DNA from: Candidatus Saccharimonadota bacterium
GTDB taxonomy: Archaea; Nanohalarchaeota; Nanosalinia; Nanosalinales; Nanosalinaceae
Direction: 5' to 3'
Assembly (NCBI RefSeq): GCF_047555085.1
Contig: NZ_CP180230.1
Span: 300,001-332,000 of the forward strand
DNA length: 32,000 nucleotides
Under the pieces are notes generated by a model. The model saw only the letters and a program-made list of their open reading frames with translations. It was not told the origin of the DNA and ran no database searches. Numbering within the stretch: position 1 is the stretch's first letter; each line of letters opens with the position of its first letter. The translations under genes and the position numbers were made by a program. Shown here piece after piece: positions 31,271 through 32,000 of the stretch.

Positions 31271-32000
31271 ATGGGAGTAATCCTTCACGTCGACATGGAT
31301 GCATTCTACGCCTCAGTAGAGGCCCAGAGAAGAAATATTTCGGGCCCGATAGTAGTCTGCGTCTACTCCGGCCGGACAGAAGACTCCGGAGCAGTATCCA
31401 CGTGCAGCTATGAGGCCCGAGAGCTTGGTATACACGCAGCGATGCCGATAAAAAACGCGAAAAAGATCGCAGATGAATCAGGTAAAGAAGTAAACTTCGT
31501 TGGAATGGACAAAGAGTACTACGATCAGTTCTCCGACGACATAAAAGAAGAGATACTTGAAAAACACACGGAAACGATTGAAAAGGCCTCTATCGACGAA
31601 TTCTATCTTGAACTGGAGACAGAAAACTTTGATGAAGCAGAAGATATAGCGAAAAAGATCCAGACCTCTGTCAATGAAGATTTCGGCGTAACATGTTCTG
31701 TAGGAGTCGCTCCGAACAAGCTAGTGGCCAAGATTGCTTCAGATCAGGAAAAGCCAGAAGGCATCACAGTAATCAGGCCTGAAGAAGTCAAAAATTTCAT
31801 GAGAGGCCTGAAAATGGATGACATACACGGTATAGGAGGAAAGACTGTGGAAAAGCTGAATGATATTGGAATAAGTTCTGTAGAGGCCTTGGCTGAGTCT
31901 GATCCTGCTTTACTGGTCAGAGAATTCGGTGAGAAGCAGGGCCTCAAGTTGAGGGAAAAAGCCAGGGGAGAAGACGATTCTGAGGTCAAGGAGACGCTTC
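31271..32000 (+). CDS. dinB: Y-family DNA polymerase IV (Dpo4/DinB), 3'-truncated by the window edge; not in the ORF track
   Basis: I read this manually as MGVILHVDMDAFYASVE...ASIDEFYLE...SVGVAPNKLVAKIASD..KP.G...IHGIGGKT. These are the canonical Y-family catalytic motifs, and the frame stays open to the end of the window. Confidence 0.9.
   Translation, partial: MGVILHVDMDAFYASVEAQRRNISGPIVVCVYSGRTEDSGAVSTCSYEARELGIHAAMPIKNAKKIADESGKEVNFVGMDKEYYDQFSDDIKEEILEKHTETIEKASIDEFYLELETENFDEAEDIAKKIQTSVNEDFGVTCSVGVAPNKLVAKIASDQEKPEGITVIRPEEVKNFMRGLKMDDIHGIGGKTVEKLNDIGISSVEALAESDPALLVREFGEKQGLKLREKARGEDDSEVKETL

Noticed and set aside
1-32000. CRISPR arrays, IS elements, transposases, integrases, toxin-antitoxin pairs, or recognisable restriction-modification or defence genes.
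   Set aside because: I looked for regularly spaced direct repeats and for the hallmark motifs (DDE, Tyr/Ser recombinase, Cas, PIN/HEPN) in all listed ORFs and found none. The only pervasive repeat is the 6-8-nt AGGCCT word, which has no spacer periodicity.

Overview
The window looks like a gene-dense archaeal chromosomal segment. The archaeal hallmarks are an archaeal-type GluRS, Rpo11/RpoL, an XPB helicase, a Y-family polymerase, an intron-containing tRNA, and TATA-like boxes about 25-30 nt upstream of many ATGs, which implies leaderless mRNAs. Nearly all predicted proteins are strongly acidic while the DNA is only mid-40s %GC by eye. Together with a stand-alone 5S rRNA gene, this suggests a salt-in halophile with a small genome, such as a Nanohaloarchaeota/DPANN-like organism; that placement is inference only.

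I support about 48 genes:
- DNA repair: Nth-like glycosylase, a PhrB/FeS-BCP-like photolyase homolog, XPB and DinB.
- Thiol/redox: a DsbA-like protein with two CxxC membrane paralogs, HxlR, two DUF2892-like proteins and a glutaredoxin.
- Transport: an RND/MMPL-type exporter encoded as two half-genes plus a surface protein, an ABC-2 transporter and an MscS-like channel.
- Housekeeping: gltX, ppa, htpX, a Nudix hydrolase and an NDP-sugar pyrophosphorylase.
- RNA genes: tRNA-Val, tRNA-Met(CAU) with an ~83-nt intron, and 5S rRNA.

I saw no CRISPR array, transposase or integrase.

The most striking signal is not a gene. The palindrome AGGCCT, often extended to GAGGCCTC, occurs about 140 times by hand count, against a single-digit chance expectation. 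It appears in all codon phases, in spacers, at stop codons, and as paired copies that form hairpins at gene 3' ends. Two AT-rich stretches of about 1.7 kb each lack it completely (1-1670 and 17089-18748). These look like more recently acquired DNA, and the second carries a small islet abutting the 3' end of the tRNA-Met gene.

Other leads:
- A candidate new membrane thiol-oxidoreductase pair next to the DsbA-like gene.
- A cysteine-free homolog of the Fe-S bacterial (6-4) photolyase family.
- A 23-nt operator-like element shared by two promoters that flank a small HTH regulator.
- XPB followed by two unknown small acidic ORFs instead of Bax1.
- A structured 130-nt spacer between the two tRNAs.
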